Source: an uncultured Nitrospiraceae bacterium (GTDB taxonomy: Bacteria; Nitrospirota; UBA9217). From it: DNA of 64,000 bases. The stretch covers positions 755 to 64,754 of the forward strand of contig CAZPGZ010000017.1 in the NCBI GenBank assembly GCA_964586075.1, written 5' to 3'. Position numbers and translations under genes: made by a program. Below the pieces are notes generated by a model. The model had not been told where the DNA came from, did not search any database, and saw only the letters and a list, made by a program, of their open reading frames with translations. Shown piece by piece: positions 29,075 through 40,064 of the stretch (positions are counted from its first letter, which is position 1; each line of letters opens with the position of its first letter).

Positions 29075-30634
29075 TTACTTCGCATACTCCACATATCTGC
29101 TTTCCCGCACTACGGTTACCTTGATCTGGCCGGGGTAGGAAAGTTCCTGCTCGATTTTCTTGGCAATATCGCGGGAGAGCTGGGCCGAATGAGCATCTGA
29201 AAGGTCCTCCGGTTTTACAATAATCCTGATTTCCCGTCCCGCCTGAATGGCATAGGATTTTTCTACACCCTTAAAGGTGTTTGCCGTCTGTTCCAGCTGT
29301 TCCAGCCGCTTTAGGTAGCTCTCCAGTGTCTCGCGCCGGACGCCGGGTCTGCCTGCCGAGAGAGCATCTGCTGCGGCAACCAGCACGGATTCAACGCTGC
29401 TCGGTTCCCCTTCGCCGTGATGCGTCATAATGGTGTTGATTACTTTTGGAGATTCACCATATTTTTTGGCGATATCAGCGCCGATCTGAGGATGTGTTCC
29501 CTCCACCTCGTGGTCCACAGCCTTGCCCAGATCGTGGAGCAGGCCTGCGCGGCGCGCCAGCTTTTGGTCGACGCCGCATTCCGCCGCCATAATGCCGGCG
29601 AAGTAGGCGACCTCTCGTGCGTGCATGAGCACGTTCTGGCCGTAGCTTGTCCGGTATTTGAGTCTGCCGATGAGCTTGATGATTTCCGGATGCATATTGT
29701 GGATGCCGAGGTCGAAGGCCGCTTTTTCACCCTCTTCCTTCATGGCAATATCCAGGTCTTTTTTGACTTTTTCCGCGATTTCTTCTATGCGGGCAGGGTG
29801 GATCCGCCCGTCGTGAATAAGCCGCTCGATGGTCAGGCGGGCGATTTCTCTCCGGAGCGGGTCATAACAGGAAAGAATGACCGCCTCGGGTGTATCATCG
29901 ATGATCAGGTCGATCCCGGTTGCGGCTTCAAGGGCCCGGATATTGCGTCCTTCCCGACCGATGATTCTTCCTTTCATTTCATCGTTCGGCAGGTTCACAA
30001 CGGATACCGTTGCTTCCGCGACATAGTCGCTTGCGTAGCGTTGGATGGCAAGGCTGATAATATTTTTAGCCTTTTTATCGGCTTCTTCTTTCGCTTCATC
30101 CTCGATCCGTTTGATGGTTTTTGCCGCCTCGTATTTGGCTTCATCTTCCATGGAAAGCATAAGCTGTCGCTTTGCTTCTTCGGCGGTCATACTCGCTATT
30201 TTTTCGAGCATAAGACGCTGTTCATGCAGTCCCTTTTCGAAACGTTCTTCCGTTTCTGCTACGATTTTTTCCTTCGCTGTAAGCTCTCGTTCGCGACGGC
30301 TGGTGTCCGACTCCCTTTTTTCAATCGTATCGAACTTCTTTTCGATAATTTCTTCCCGCTGAGCAAGTCGTCGCTCCTGGTTCTGGAGCTCTTGCCGTTT
30401 ATCGCGATTTTCCTTTTCAAAGTCAGCCCGCGCCTGGTAGAGTTTGTCTTTAACCTCAAGTACGGCTTCCTTGCGTTTTGTCTCGGCCTCGCGTTCCGCC
30501 GTCGAAATAATTTTTGCCGCTTCTGCCTCCGCGTCCCTGATTTTTGATGCCGCCGCCCGTCCCTTGATCATAAGGCCGAGGCCGAATCCTACGGTAAGTC
30601 CGGCTAATGCAAGTAAAATATAACTTTCAATCAT
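29075..30634 (-). CDS. rny: Ribonuclease Y
   Basis: N-terminal TM helix, coiled-coil, KH domain ([15 protein letters not shown]) and HD domain (LHDLGKA); start trimmed to MIESYIL. Confidence 0.88.
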   Translation of the reverse strand: MIESYILLALAGLTVGFGLGLMIKGRAAASKIRDAEAEAAKIISTAEREAETKRKEAVLEVKDKLYQARADFEKENRDKRQELQNQERRLAQREEIIEKKFDTIEKRESDTSRRERELTAKEKIVAETEERFEKGLHEQRLMLEKIASMTAEEAKRQLMLSMEDEAKYEAAKTIKRIEDEAKEEADKKAKNIISLAIQRYASDYVAEATVSVVNLPNDEMKGRIIGREGRNIRALEAATGIDLIIDDTPEAVILSCYDPLRREIARLTIERLIHDGRIHPARIEEIAEKVKKDLDIAMKEEGEKAAFDLGIHNMHPEIIKLIGRLKYRTSYGQNVLMHAREVAYFAGIMAAECGVDQKLARRAGLLHDLGKAVDHEVEGTHPQIGADIAKKYGESPKVINTIMTHHGEGEPSSVESVLVAAADALSAGRPGVRRETLESYLKRLEQLEQTANTFKGVEKSYAIQAGREIRIIVKPEDLSDAHSAQLSRDIAKKIEQELSYPGQIKVTVVRESRYVEYAK

Positions 30635-31970
30635 GTTTTTCCTCCTGGTACCTCTTCTGCAACCCGGCAAGGCGCTCCTTGATTCTCTTTTCTTCGCCTT
30701 GCTCCGTGGGTCGATAGTATTCCCGCTTCTGCGGCAGGTAGTCTTGGGCGACATAGTGGCCCGGATAATCGTGCGGGTACCGGTAGCCTTTGCCCCGGCC
30801 GAGCCGGGCCGCTCCTTTGTAATGCGAATCTTTGAGATGGTCCGGCACCGCCAACAAGGTTCCCGCTTCCAAATCCTTCATAGCTGCTTTGATGCCGAGG
30901 CAGGCGGCATTGCTTTTAGGTGCTGCAGCGATATAAACAGCAGCCTGCGCAAGCGACAGTGCTCCCTCGGGCATTCCTATGCGTTCAACCGCCTGGTATG
31001 CCGCTGTGGCGACAAGGAGTGCCCTCGGGTCCGCATTTCCTACGTCTTCGCTCGCAGCAATCACGATTCTGCGGGCAATGAACAGCGGGTCTTCGCCGGC
31101 ATATATCATTTTTGCCATCCAATAAAGTGCTGCCTGCGGGTCGCTTCCGCGCATGCTTTTGATAAATGCGGAGATAGTATCATAGTGCTCGTCTTCATCG
31201 TAAACCAGCGCTTTTTTCTGGATGGATTCTTCCGCCGTTTGTAGATCAAGCAGGATATTGCCGTCCGAAGCCGGTGTTGTGGAAAGTACGCCGAGCTCGA
31301 GAGCATTCAGAGCACGTCGGGCGTCCCCGTTGGATTTTGCAACGATAAGATCGAGTGCTTCAGGCGTCAGGGTTACGGGCAGGGTGCCAAAACCCCGTTC
31401 CTTGTCTGCAAGAGCCCTGAGAAGCAAAGCTTTGATATCATCATTTTTGAGCGGTTTGAATTCGAAAATCTGAGAACGGGAAGAAAGTGCAGGGATGATG
31501 GCAAAAAATGGATTTTGCGTTGAGGCTCCCACAAGGGTAACGGTCCCCTGTTCTACATCAGGAAGAAGCGCGTCCTGCTGCACCCGCGTGAAACGATGTA
31601 TTTCATCGATGAACAGTATGGTTTTCGTGCCGTTCTGCGCACGTTCGTTTTCGGCTTCCAGGGTGACTTTTCGTATATCAGCAATGCCTGCTGTTACCGC
31701 GTTGAGGGATACAAAGCGGGCCTGGCTGCGCTCGGCAATCAGGTGCGCAAATGCGGTTTTTCCCACGCCCGGAGGCCCGAACAGAATAATCGACACGAAA
31801 CGGTCTGCTTCGATGGCCCGGCGCAGGAGCTTGCCCGGTGCGAGAATGTGCTCTTGCCCCATGAATTCGGAGAAATCGCGGGGCCGCATTCTCCACGCAA
31901 GCGGTGCATCAGCGGGGCGGGACGAGGCAAAGTCAGCCGTTAATTGTTTTTTGGGGTTCTTGAGGCCCAA
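30627..31970 (-). CDS. rarA: Replication-associated recombination protein A (AAA+ ATPase)
   Basis: Walker A GPPGVGKT, MgsA/RarA family length and C-terminal domain. Confidence 0.88.
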   Translation of the reverse strand: MGLKNPKKQLTADFASSRPADAPLAWRMRPRDFSEFMGQEHILAPGKLLRRAIEADRFVSIILFGPPGVGKTAFAHLIAERSQARFVSLNAVTAGIADIRKVTLEAENERAQNGTKTILFIDEIHRFTRVQQDALLPDVEQGTVTLVGASTQNPFFAIIPALSSRSQIFEFKPLKNDDIKALLLRALADKERGFGTLPVTLTPEALDLIVAKSNGDARRALNALELGVLSTTPASDGNILLDLQTAEESIQKKALVYDEDEHYDTISAFIKSMRGSDPQAALYWMAKMIYAGEDPLFIARRIVIAASEDVGNADPRALLVATAAYQAVERIGMPEGALSLAQAAVYIAAAPKSNAACLGIKAAMKDLEAGTLLAVPDHLKDSHYKGAARLGRGKGYRYPHDYPGHYVAQDYLPQKREYYRPTEQGEEKRIKERLAGLQKRYQEEKHD

Positions 31971-32607
31971 TGTGTTTACTTCAGGAGGATGCAGGGTGGC
32001 TTGTGATGGTCAGGAAACCGAACCAGAGCAGGACAACACCGTACGTGGGATATCAAACATCAAGTGGTTTGCAGATATTTCAGGAACAGCACATTGACAA
32101 CAGCTGCTGTCAAAATCCAACACAGGAAAACTATATTAGTACTGGCTGGTCTGTCCTCTAGGTTTTGTTGCAGTTTATATCTGCAAAATATCTCCATGGT
32201 CTCCGAGTGTTGCATTACTGGTAAAATCTTCTTGCGGTACTGTTAAACACTCACTGCTTTGAAGATTCGTATTCTTCCGGTTGCCTTCCGTGTATTACGT
32301 TTATACTGAATGCTATCACAAGCGCCGGAGCCCTTACATCCTGCCCCTTTCTTTATATGCGCTGATCAACGATTAAAAAATAATTATGATGCCGTTTTGA
32401 AAGGTTATTGAAATCCCCCGCATTTGCCGTGCAGACATTCTTGATTCCTGGTATAAACCAGGTGGGTGCCATGTCGAAAAGTTTAGGCTTCCCAGTCTTG
32501 CCTGGGCATGCACACCCTTTCCGTATGATGGCTCCCGTTATTTTTTATTCACGAGGAACAAGATCTATCTATCACGCGCAAAGCAGGGGGAAATATATCT
32601 TTTACGT

Positions 32608-32638
32608 ATTATATACCAGAATCACACAGAAATGGCAA
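32608..32638 (-). promoter_or_regulatory. Near-consensus sigma70 promoter (TTGCCA-17-TATATA/TATAAT) inside 800-bp ORF-free region
   Basis: Minus-strand TTGCCA and TATATAAT hexamers with 17-19 nt spacing; fires toward rarA through about 630 nt lacking any credible ORF. Confidence 0.45.
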
Positions 32639-32786
32639 GGGGAAAAAAGGAATACATTCCTAGGCTAGATGTAAAAAACGTTTAATTTCAATTAATTATC
32701 GCATATTGTACGTGGGCAATCCAAAAAGGGTAGCTTCTTAAGAAAATATGTTTTCGGGAAAAAATTCAGTGAAAGGCAAAGATTTT

Positions 32787-33071
32787 TTATTTGTCATTAT
32801 CAATTTGTTCGGTAAGATTCAGAAGTCGTTTTGCAGCCGTATCTGTCGTTTCCTCCAGAGCACTGAGTTGATCGCGAAGGCGATATAGTTCGTCAGTAAT
32901 GGTAAGTGCAGTCAGAATGGCCACGCGAAGCGGGTCTACAGTGCCCGTTCCTTTTTGCACATCCTTCATTTTGTCATTCAGGAACGAGGCCAGCTCACGG
33001 ATATACTCCGGATTGTTCTGGCCTTTAATGCTATATGTCTGGCCAAATATCTCAACCTGCACACTCTCCAT
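32787..33071 (-). CDS. zapA: Cell division protein ZapA
   Basis: 94 aa; VEIFGQTYSIKG..NPEYIRELASFLNDKM typical ZapA. Confidence 0.85.
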   Translation of the reverse strand: MESVQVEIFGQTYSIKGQNNPEYIRELASFLNDKMKDVQKGTGTVDPLRVAILTALTITDELYRLRDQLSALEETTDTAAKRLLNLTEQIDNDK

Positions 33072-33109
33072 AATTAAATATCCATCAGTCTTGAGCAGTT
33101 GTCCCCGTC

Positions 33110-34018
33110 TTATAGCAGCGCGTCGACGTATTCCTTTGGGTTAAAAATCCGAAGGTCTTCGATGCCTTCCCCGATTCCCACGAACTTTACCGCAAGTCCC
33201 AGTTCTTTGTATACGGCAAAGACGATGCCACCTTTGGATGTTCCATCAAGCTTGGTAAGCACGATGCCGGTAAGGCCCACCGCATCATGAAACATTTTTG
33301 CCTGGACCAGCGCGTTCTGACCGGTATTCCCGTCGAGCACAAGGAGCGTTTCATGCGGCGCTCCCGGCAGCTCCCGCGATATAATACGGTGCACTTTTTT
33401 CAGTTCTTCCATTAGGTTGGATTTTGTATGCAGTCTTCCCGCCGTATCTACGATAAGCACATCCATGGATCGGGCTTTTGCAGCGGAAACAGCGTCAAAA
33501 ACCACTGCTCCCGGGTCCGCCCCTTCCCGATGCTTGATCACGGGAATCCCTGCGCGTTCCCCCCAGATCGAGAGTTGTTCAGAGGCAGCCGCGCGAAACG
33601 TATCTGCTGCAGCGAGCATCACTTTTTTTCCCTCGGTCTGAAGACGATGTGCGAGCTTTCCAATGGTCGTTGTTTTTCCGGTTCCATTCACACCGACGAC
33701 GAGGACCACCGCCGGGGATGTTGTAAGAGAAAAAACGGAAGATTGAGCGGAGAGAATTTCGTACAGTATCTGCTTGAGCCGATCTTTTACCTGGACCGGT
33801 GTGGAAAGTTCCTGGCGGTTGAATCTGTCCCTCAAATCCTTCAGCACCCATGAAGCGGTTCCCATTCCCACATCAGACGCAATAAGCGCTTCTTCGAGTT
33901 CATCGAGAAAAGTTTCATCAATCTTTTCTCCCAGGATAAGCGAGCCTATTTTATCGCTGAAGCCTTTACGGGTTTTTGCCAAGCCGTCGCGCAGGCTGCG
34001 GAGAACATTGAGCATCAC
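33110..34018 (-). CDS. ftsY: Signal recognition particle receptor FtsY
   Basis: NG domain GVNGTGKTTTIGKLA, DTAGR, short N-terminus. Confidence 0.9.
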   Translation of the reverse strand: MMLNVLRSLRDGLAKTRKGFSDKIGSLILGEKIDETFLDELEEALIASDVGMGTASWVLKDLRDRFNRQELSTPVQVKDRLKQILYEILSAQSSVFSLTTSPAVVLVVGVNGTGKTTTIGKLAHRLQTEGKKVMLAAADTFRAAASEQLSIWGERAGIPVIKHREGADPGAVVFDAVSAAKARSMDVLIVDTAGRLHTKSNLMEELKKVHRIISRELPGAPHETLLVLDGNTGQNALVQAKMFHDAVGLTGIVLTKLDGTSKGGIVFAVYKELGLAVKFVGIGEGIEDLRIFNPKEYVDALL

Positions 34019-34023
34019 ATACC

Positions 34024-35088
34024 TCAGATATCCAGCGGGAGCTTTCCGGATATATCAGACGCGTTCCGCTGGCTGGTTTTTGCTGTTTTAAGGCCCGGTT
34101 GCTTAGGCTCTTCAGTGGTTTCCTGTGTATGCGAGGGAGCCGGGGAGACAGCGTGACGATAGAGATAGCGATCATGCATTTTGCTGAATGTAGTCCATTC
34201 GCCTTCGCCCACCTGTTCTTTCTTGATGGTTGCGCTGAAATTATTGATCTTGGCAGCGAGATCGTCAAGGTAGTTGATGATGAGCGCTTCCCGAATTTTT
34301 GGCCTCTTGGGTGAACCATACTCATATTCACCGTGATGTGAGAGCATAATATGCTTGATCAGCATGGCAAGTTCAGCAGGGAAATCCGGAAGAGCATTGA
34401 TTTTTTCCGTGACCATTTCATATCCGAGGGAAATATGGCCCAACAGGCGGCCTTCCGTCGTGTATTCAATCGATTTTTTTACGGACAGTTCGCGCACCTT
34501 GCCGATGTCATGCAGAAAGGCACCCGCAGTCACCAGGTCCATATCCGCAGAAGGAAAATGTTTTGCAACATCCCGGGCGAGCGTTATAAGCTCCACCACG
34601 TGTTCGAGCAGACCTCCGATATAATTATGGTGCAAAGCTTTGGCAGCGGGCATTTTTTTAAACGGTCCCATGAATGCTGGATCGTTTAAGAAAGCGTTCA
34701 GAAGCCGTTGCAGATGGGGGTTGGACAGCGCGGTCACAATGGTTTTCAGCTCTGCCACCATGTCCTCCCCGTTGCGGGGCGACGATTCCAGAAAGTTGGA
34801 GATGTCCACTGAGGCATCGTCCACTTTTTCGAGCTGCTTCATCTTGATCTGCATGCTGCCCTGATAATTGGACACCATTCCTTTAATGCGAACAAAATCC
34901 TCACGCTCGAACTTTCCCGCTACATCGTCGGCATTGTCCCACAGTCTGCCGTCGATCTCGCCTGTTTTATCCGCAAGTTTCAGGGAAAGATAGGTTACAC
35001 CGTTTTTTGCTGTGGATATCTGCTTGGACGTTACGAGATATATTTCCTCGATCCAGTCGCCTTCTTTAAGAGATGCAATAGTCTGCAT
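34024..35088 (-). CDS. yhaM: 3'-5' exoribonuclease YhaM-like (OB-fold + HD domain)
   Basis: N-terminal OB-fold, HD motif (LHDIGK, HH), YhaM family length. Confidence 0.75.
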   Translation of the reverse strand: MQTIASLKEGDWIEEIYLVTSKQISTAKNGVTYLSLKLADKTGEIDGRLWDNADDVAGKFEREDFVRIKGMVSNYQGSMQIKMKQLEKVDDASVDISNFLESSPRNGEDMVAELKTIVTALSNPHLQRLLNAFLNDPAFMGPFKKMPAAKALHHNYIGGLLEHVVELITLARDVAKHFPSADMDLVTAGAFLHDIGKVRELSVKKSIEYTTEGRLLGHISLGYEMVTEKINALPDFPAELAMLIKHIMLSHHGEYEYGSPKRPKIREALIINYLDDLAAKINNFSATIKKEQVGEGEWTTFSKMHDRYLYRHAVSPAPSHTQETTEEPKQPGLKTAKTSQRNASDISGKLPLDI

Positions 35089-35266
35089 GCTGCTCCTTTT
35101 GCTTTAATGACGTGATATTAAACTATCCCCCGGACATTGTCAAACGGAAAGGAACTTATAGTAGGGAAGTGGGTGTCGTTCCTGAACTGTTTTTCTCTGC
35201 GGCAACGTTATCGTTCTTTTTACAACGTACTGCCAGCGCGAAAATAATCAAATTGGTGCCATCTGC

Positions 35267-35294
35267 TTGCATCTTGTGCAAAAAAAACTATAAT
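35267..35294 (+). promoter_or_regulatory. Sigma70-like promoter for hisC (TTGCAT-16-TATAAT)
   Basis: Good hexamers 50 nt upstream of hisC start. Confidence 0.45.
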
Positions 35295-35342
35295 GGATCA
35301 GATTCCCTTCACTCTTGAGAAAACTGAGACGAGGATTTTAGC

Positions 35343-36410
35343 ATGAGTAAATACTGGAGTTCAGTGGTACACGGTCTTATGCCTTATACACCCGGAGAGC
35401 AGCCAAAGATTCCCAAGCTGATCAAACTCAACACGAATGAAAACCCTTACGGCCCTTCGCCCCGCGTTCTTGAAGCACTCAGACAGGAAGCGGGAAACAC
35501 ACTGCGGCTGTATCCTGATCCCAATGCGGACCGTCTTAAGGCGGCTGTAGCCGATTATTATTCTGTAACATCTGATCAGGTTTTTGTCGGCAACGGCTCT
35601 GATGAGGTTCTGGCGTTCACGTTTATGGCTTTGCTCAAACAGCCGCGGCCGGTTCTTTTTCCGGATATTACCTATAGTTTTTACCCGGTTTTTTGCAGAC
35701 TATTCGGGGTGTCTTACGAAACAGTGCCTTTGCGTGATGCCTTTGAGCTGTGCGGCAAGGATTATTCAGGCGCCAATGGAGGCATTATCTTCCCCAACCC
35801 GAATGCTCCTACCGGCAGGCTGTTGCCGCTGGCCTCCATTGATGAACTGCTGCAAAGAAACACCGAATCCGTTGTGGTCGTCGACGAAGCGTATATAGAC
35901 TTCGGTGGCGAGTCCGCGGTCGCACTGATCGACCGGCATCCCAATCTGTTGGTAATTCAGACTTTCTCCAAGTCCCGGTCTCTTGCCGGATTGCGTGTGG
36001 GCTTTGCGGTCGGACATTCCGCACTGATTGAAGCATTAGAGCGTGTGAAAAACAGCTTTAATTCCTATCCTCTTGACCGCTTTGCGATTGCTGGAGCGGT
36101 TGCTGCCGTTGAAGACCGTGATTATTTCGAAGAAACCCGGAAAAAAATTATCAGGACCAGAGAGTCTCTGTCAAAAAATCTTTCGTCGCTCGGTTTTCAT
36201 GTCATACCGTCAGCAGCAAATTTTATTTTTGCCGGGCATTCTGAACGAAGTGCAGTCGAATTATTCAAAAAATTACGAGAGCATTCGATTCTTGTGCGTC
36301 ATTTTTCTCTGCCCCGCATTGAAAACTACCTGCGCATTACGATCGGCACAGATGAAGAATGCGCGATTCTGGTCGACACTTTGAGAACAATTCTGGGGAT
36401 GGCCAAATAA
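35343..36410 (+). CDS. hisC: Histidinol-phosphate aminotransferase
   Basis: [12 protein letters not shown] motif, class-II aminotransferase fold. Confidence 0.88.
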   Translation: MSKYWSSVVHGLMPYTPGEQPKIPKLIKLNTNENPYGPSPRVLEALRQEAGNTLRLYPDPNADRLKAAVADYYSVTSDQVFVGNGSDEVLAFTFMALLKQPRPVLFPDITYSFYPVFCRLFGVSYETVPLRDAFELCGKDYSGANGGIIFPNPNAPTGRLLPLASIDELLQRNTESVVVVDEAYIDFGGESAVALIDRHPNLLVIQTFSKSRSLAGLRVGFAVGHSALIEALERVKNSFNSYPLDRFAIAGAVAAVEDRDYFEETRKKIIRTRESLSKNLSSLGFHVIPSAANFIFAGHSERSAVELFKKLREHSILVRHFSLPRIENYLRITIGTDEECAILVDTLRTILGMAK

Positions 36411-36426
36411 CAGAAAAAGTGCTTTT

Positions 36427-37512
36427 CTACTTTTTGGGACGGCTTTTCCGACTTTTTACTGGCAGATTTTTTAAGCAGACTGTTTGGGTTGGAAAAGGCA
36501 TTTCAATGCCTTCTTGCTTAAGCCGGGAATATATACGCTTGCGCAGTTCGTGCAGGACCGGTTGCTGATAAAGAACATCCTGCACCTGGCAGCTGAGCGT
36601 GAAATCATGGGATGAGGCACCGAACCCAGGAGTGAAGAATACCGTTGGCGCGGATTCCTTCACGATCCCTTCAATATCGAGCACTGCGTTCTTCATTTCA
36701 TCCCGGAGAATGCGTTCAGCAAACGCGGGGTCTGTGTCCGTATGCACACTGATGGGCATCTGAACGGCGATTCTCCTTTCAGGGAGGTAGTAGTTCGTTA
36801 CTACGCTTTGGGACAGTTTGCTGTTCGGAACAATGACCATGTTGCTTGCCGGTGTGCGGATTTTTGTAGTACGCCAGCCTATGTCGACAATATGGCCTTC
36901 CTGGCCGGTTTCCAGCCGGATAAAATCACCAACCCGCACTGTTTGCTCCGCAAGTATATGCATGCCCGCAAACAGATTCGAAAGGGTGTCCTGAAGCGCC
37001 AGGGCCATGGCAAGGCCGCCGACGCCAAGAGCAGTAATAATCGGCGTGATGGAAAACCCGAGATAGTTCAGCGCGATGAGAAAACCGATTGCATAGATCG
37101 TAGCTTTCGTTACGCCGAGAAGCAGCCCGGTAACGGAAATGGGAAGGCCGGATTTTTTTAGGAAGAAATCAAGCATTCTGCCGCTTACGTTCGCGAGGCC
37201 CATCGTGACAGTTACGATGAGCGACAGGTACATACCGGCGACTATGGAAGGAACATACGCAGCAGGAAGGTCGGCGAGACGAAGCGCGATATAAATCGCA
37301 AGGAGAAGAATAAGCAGGGTCAAGGGGACCTGCAAACCTTTTTCAAAAAAATCCACGACATGCAGCGCGGAATCCCGAATCACATGACGCAGAATGCTGA
37401 AAAAAATCTTCTTAAGCGCAAGAAGAACCGCAGCAATGGCAGCGATAATAATGAGGGTAAGGAAGATTTGATAGTAGCCATTCATAAAATCAGGACCCGA
37501 AGCCATATTCAT
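36427..37512 (-). CDS. Small-conductance mechanosensitive channel (MscS family)
   Basis: TM helices followed by MscS beta domain (VGDFIRLETGQEGHIVDIGWRTTKIRT). Confidence 0.8.
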   Translation of the reverse strand: MNMASGPDFMNGYYQIFLTLIIIAAIAAVLLALKKIFFSILRHVIRDSALHVVDFFEKGLQVPLTLLILLLAIYIALRLADLPAAYVPSIVAGMYLSLIVTVTMGLANVSGRMLDFFLKKSGLPISVTGLLLGVTKATIYAIGFLIALNYLGFSITPIITALGVGGLAMALALQDTLSNLFAGMHILAEQTVRVGDFIRLETGQEGHIVDIGWRTTKIRTPASNMVIVPNSKLSQSVVTNYYLPERRIAVQMPISVHTDTDPAFAERILRDEMKNAVLDIEGIVKESAPTVFFTPGFGASSHDFTLSCQVQDVLYQQPVLHELRKRIYSRLKQEGIEMPFPTQTVCLKNLPVKSRKSRPKK

Positions 37513-37631
37513 TATCCGCGGATTACCTGTAATCGAGATGTCTACCCGGCCAGGAGCGGCGTGAAGCAGACTTCAGGTATAGAAAAATCTGATCTATAAC
37601 CCGTAGCAGAACGAGCTGCAATAAAGAACGA

Positions 37632-37874
37632 TTACCGCTTTCGTACGTATACACGGTATTCATCCTTTTCTTTTTTAAAGCCGAGATATTCGTGCCCTGT
37701 TCTTTCGCACCAAGCCGGCATGTCCCTTTCAATGCCGTCGTCATCTGCCTGCACTTCAAGTATCTGACCAGACTGCATCTCTTTAATTTTGGTCGAGGTC
37801 TTGAGAATCGGCATCGGGCAGGCAAGGTTGACGCAGTCCAGTATTTCGTCCGGCGTTATATCCTGAATGTCCAT
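37632..37874 (-). CDS. tusA: TusA-like sulfurtransferase
   Basis: 80 aa; CPMP active-site motif (LDCVNLACPMPILK); start trimmed. Confidence 0.75.
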   Translation of the reverse strand: MDIQDITPDEILDCVNLACPMPILKTSTKIKEMQSGQILEVQADDDGIERDMPAWCERTGHEYLGFKKEKDEYRVYVRKR

Positions 37875-37964
37875 TGTATTCTCGAATGAATGCTGCAACG
37901 CCAGTAAAACTCGCAGGATCGCCCTTCCTGAACGACTCTGCACCTGGTGAGGCAGGAATGTCAA

Positions 37965-38393
37965 CTACTCCATTTCGTGTTCATGGTCTGAAGTGGCTGG
38001 CATCTGCACCGGCGAGGGAACGCCTTTTTTCTTGTAGTAATCGTCGAGCGCCGATTTAAGCGCTTCCTCCGCGAGTACCGAACAATGCATTTTCACTTTT
38101 GGAAGGCCGCCGAGCGCTTCAGCAACCGCGGCATTGGAGATTTTAAGCGCCTCTTTGATGGATTTGCCTTTCACCATGTCGGTTACCATGCTGCTTGTGG
38201 CGATGGCTGCACCGCACCCGAAAGTCTTGAATTTCGCTTCTGTAATGATGTCGTTTTCGACCTTGATGTAAAGACGCATAACGTCACCGCACACGGGGTT
38301 GCCCACGGTGCCGACCCCGTCCGCGTCCGGGATTTCGCCTACATTATGCGGTTGAGCGAAATGTTCCATTACTTTTGTGCTGTACTGTTCCAT
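37965..38393 (-). CDS. iscU: Fe-S cluster assembly scaffold IscU/NifU-like
   Basis: GNPVCGDVMRLYIK...FGCGAAIA...HCSVLAEEA conserved Cys/His. Confidence 0.88.
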   Translation of the reverse strand: MEQYSTKVMEHFAQPHNVGEIPDADGVGTVGNPVCGDVMRLYIKVENDIITEAKFKTFGCGAAIATSSMVTDMVKGKSIKEALKISNAAVAEALGGLPKVKMHCSVLAEEALKSALDDYYKKKGVPSPVQMPATSDHEHEME

Positions 38394-38412
38394 AATAATA
38401 CTTCCTCCTCTG

Positions 38413-39594
38413 TTAAGCGTTCTCTTTTTTTATCATGTCTTCATAGAGAGGCGACATCTCCCGCAACCGCTGGACAATGGGAGGCAGCGTTTCTATGACA
38501 TAATCAATATCTTCTTCGGTATTTCCTGTCCCCAGCGACAAAAGCAGCGTTCCATTGGCCACTGCTGCGTCGGTGCCGATGCACACTAAAACGTGAGACG
38601 ATTTGAGGGCGCGCGAAGTGCAGGCTGATCCGCTGGAGACCGAGATTCCCTGCATATTCAAGAACAGGAGCATGGATTCCCCCTCCACATACCACATGGA
38701 CAGGTTCAGATTGTGCGGAAGCCTCTTGACCGGATGGCCGTTAATTACGATGTGGTCTATTTTTTCTACAAGCCCCTTCTGAAGCCGGTCTCTGAGGGCA
38801 GAAACGAACGTCATTCTGCGGGGGATGTCCGCTGCCGCCAGTTCGGCAGCCTTGCCCAAACCGACAATGCCGGGAACGTTCTCGGTTCCTGCGCGTCGGC
38901 CATCTTCCTGGATGCCGCCCTCCAACTGCGGTTTGATGCGTACACCTTTTCGGACATACAGCGCCGCAGCTCCCTTTGGTCCGTAGAACTGGTGGCCGGA
39001 AAGAGACAGAGCGTCCACTCCCAGCTCTTGTATGTTCACGGGGATCCAGCCAACAGACGCCACCGCGTCCGTATGCAGCAGCACGCCTTTTTCTCTCGTG
39101 ATTTTAGAAATTTCTTCAATAGGTTCGATGGTCCCGATTTCGTTGTTTGCGTGCATGACCGAAACGAGAATGGTTTCTTTCGTGATGGCCTTCGCGATGT
39201 CATCCGGATTTACCAAGCCAGTTTTGTCGGTATTGATATAGGTAACTTTAAACCCGGCCTTTTCGAGTGTTTTCACAGGATGGAGGACGGAAAAGTGCTC
39301 AATTTGTGAAACAATGATATGGTTGCCTTTTTGGCTGTTGGCCTGCACCAATCCTTTTATGGCGAAGTTATTGGATTCCGCGCCGCTCGACGTAAAAAAG
39401 ACCTCTTCCGGTTTTGCGCCGATAAGCCCGGCAGTCGCAACTCTGGCTTCTTCTACCGCATTCTTGGCTTCCCGTCCTATATCATGCAGGTTCGAGGGGT
39501 TGCCGAACTTCACGGTAAAAAACGGCAGCATGGCCTCCAGCACTTTCGGATGCACCGGTGTCGTGGCTGCGTGGTCTAGATACACCTTTCTCAT
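38413..39594 (-). CDS. iscS: Cysteine desulfurase (NifS/IscS)
   Basis: YLDHAATTP N-terminus, SSGSACTS active-site loop; start trimmed to MRKVYLD. Confidence 0.88.
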   Translation of the reverse strand: MRKVYLDHAATTPVHPKVLEAMLPFFTVKFGNPSNLHDIGREAKNAVEEARVATAGLIGAKPEEVFFTSSGAESNNFAIKGLVQANSQKGNHIIVSQIEHFSVLHPVKTLEKAGFKVTYINTDKTGLVNPDDIAKAITKETILVSVMHANNEIGTIEPIEEISKITREKGVLLHTDAVASVGWIPVNIQELGVDALSLSGHQFYGPKGAAALYVRKGVRIKPQLEGGIQEDGRRAGTENVPGIVGLGKAAELAAADIPRRMTFVSALRDRLQKGLVEKIDHIVINGHPVKRLPHNLNLSMWYVEGESMLLFLNMQGISVSSGSACTSRALKSSHVLVCIGTDAAVANGTLLLSLGTGNTEEDIDYVIETLPPIVQRLREMSPLYEDMIKKENA

Positions 39595-39596
39595 AA

Positions 39597-40064
39597 TTAA
39601 CAAGCCCTCCTTCCTGCTGCTGGCAACTTCTTTTTTAACTTTACCGGAGCAGCCGGTTGTCGGTGCAGAAGATCTTCGAAACTGATGCTGTCGAGCGCTT
39701 CCTCCAGCTTTGCTCCGACTTTTGCCCATACCATCTTTGCGACGCAGTCATCCGTCTGGTGGCATTCCGTGGACTCACCCGGTTCGAGACAATGCGATAA
39801 TGCAATGGGTCCTTCCAGCACCCGGACAATGTCTCCTACGGTCAGTTCCGCAGGTTTTTTCGCAAGGAGGTACCCCCCCGATGGACCGCGGACGCTCTCA
39901 ATAAGCCCGGCTTTTCCCAATCGGTGCAGGATTTGTTCAAGATAGGAGAACGAAATGCCCTGCCGCTCCGCGATTTCTTTGATCGTTATCGGACCTTGAC
40001 CATAATGACGGGCAATTTCTACAACCGCCCTGACTCCGTATTTTCCTTTTGTAGACAGCTTCAT
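39597..40064 (-). CDS. iscR: Rrf2-family Fe-S transcriptional regulator IscR
   Basis: MKLSTKGKYGVRAVVEIA wHTH N-terminus, three Cys cluster (C..C.....C). Confidence 0.8.
   Translation of the reverse strand: MKLSTKGKYGVRAVVEIARHYGQGPITIKEIAERQGISFSYLEQILHRLGKAGLIESVRGPSGGYLLAKKPAELTVGDIVRVLEGPIALSHCLEPGESTECHQTDDCVAKMVWAKVGAKLEEALDSISFEDLLHRQPAAPVKLKKKLPAAGRRAC

Noticed and set aside
29417-30547. 376-aa plus-strand ORF antisense to rny
   Set aside because: Low-complexity, Phe/Arg-rich translation with no domain signatures. It lies entirely inside the well-supported RNase Y gene on the opposite strand and is typical of antisense frames in GC-rich DNA.
32408-32668. 86-aa ORF in the rarA-zapA intergenic region
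   Set aside because: No RBS and a low-complexity sequence. The region is better explained as non-coding (promoter plus candidate ncRNA).
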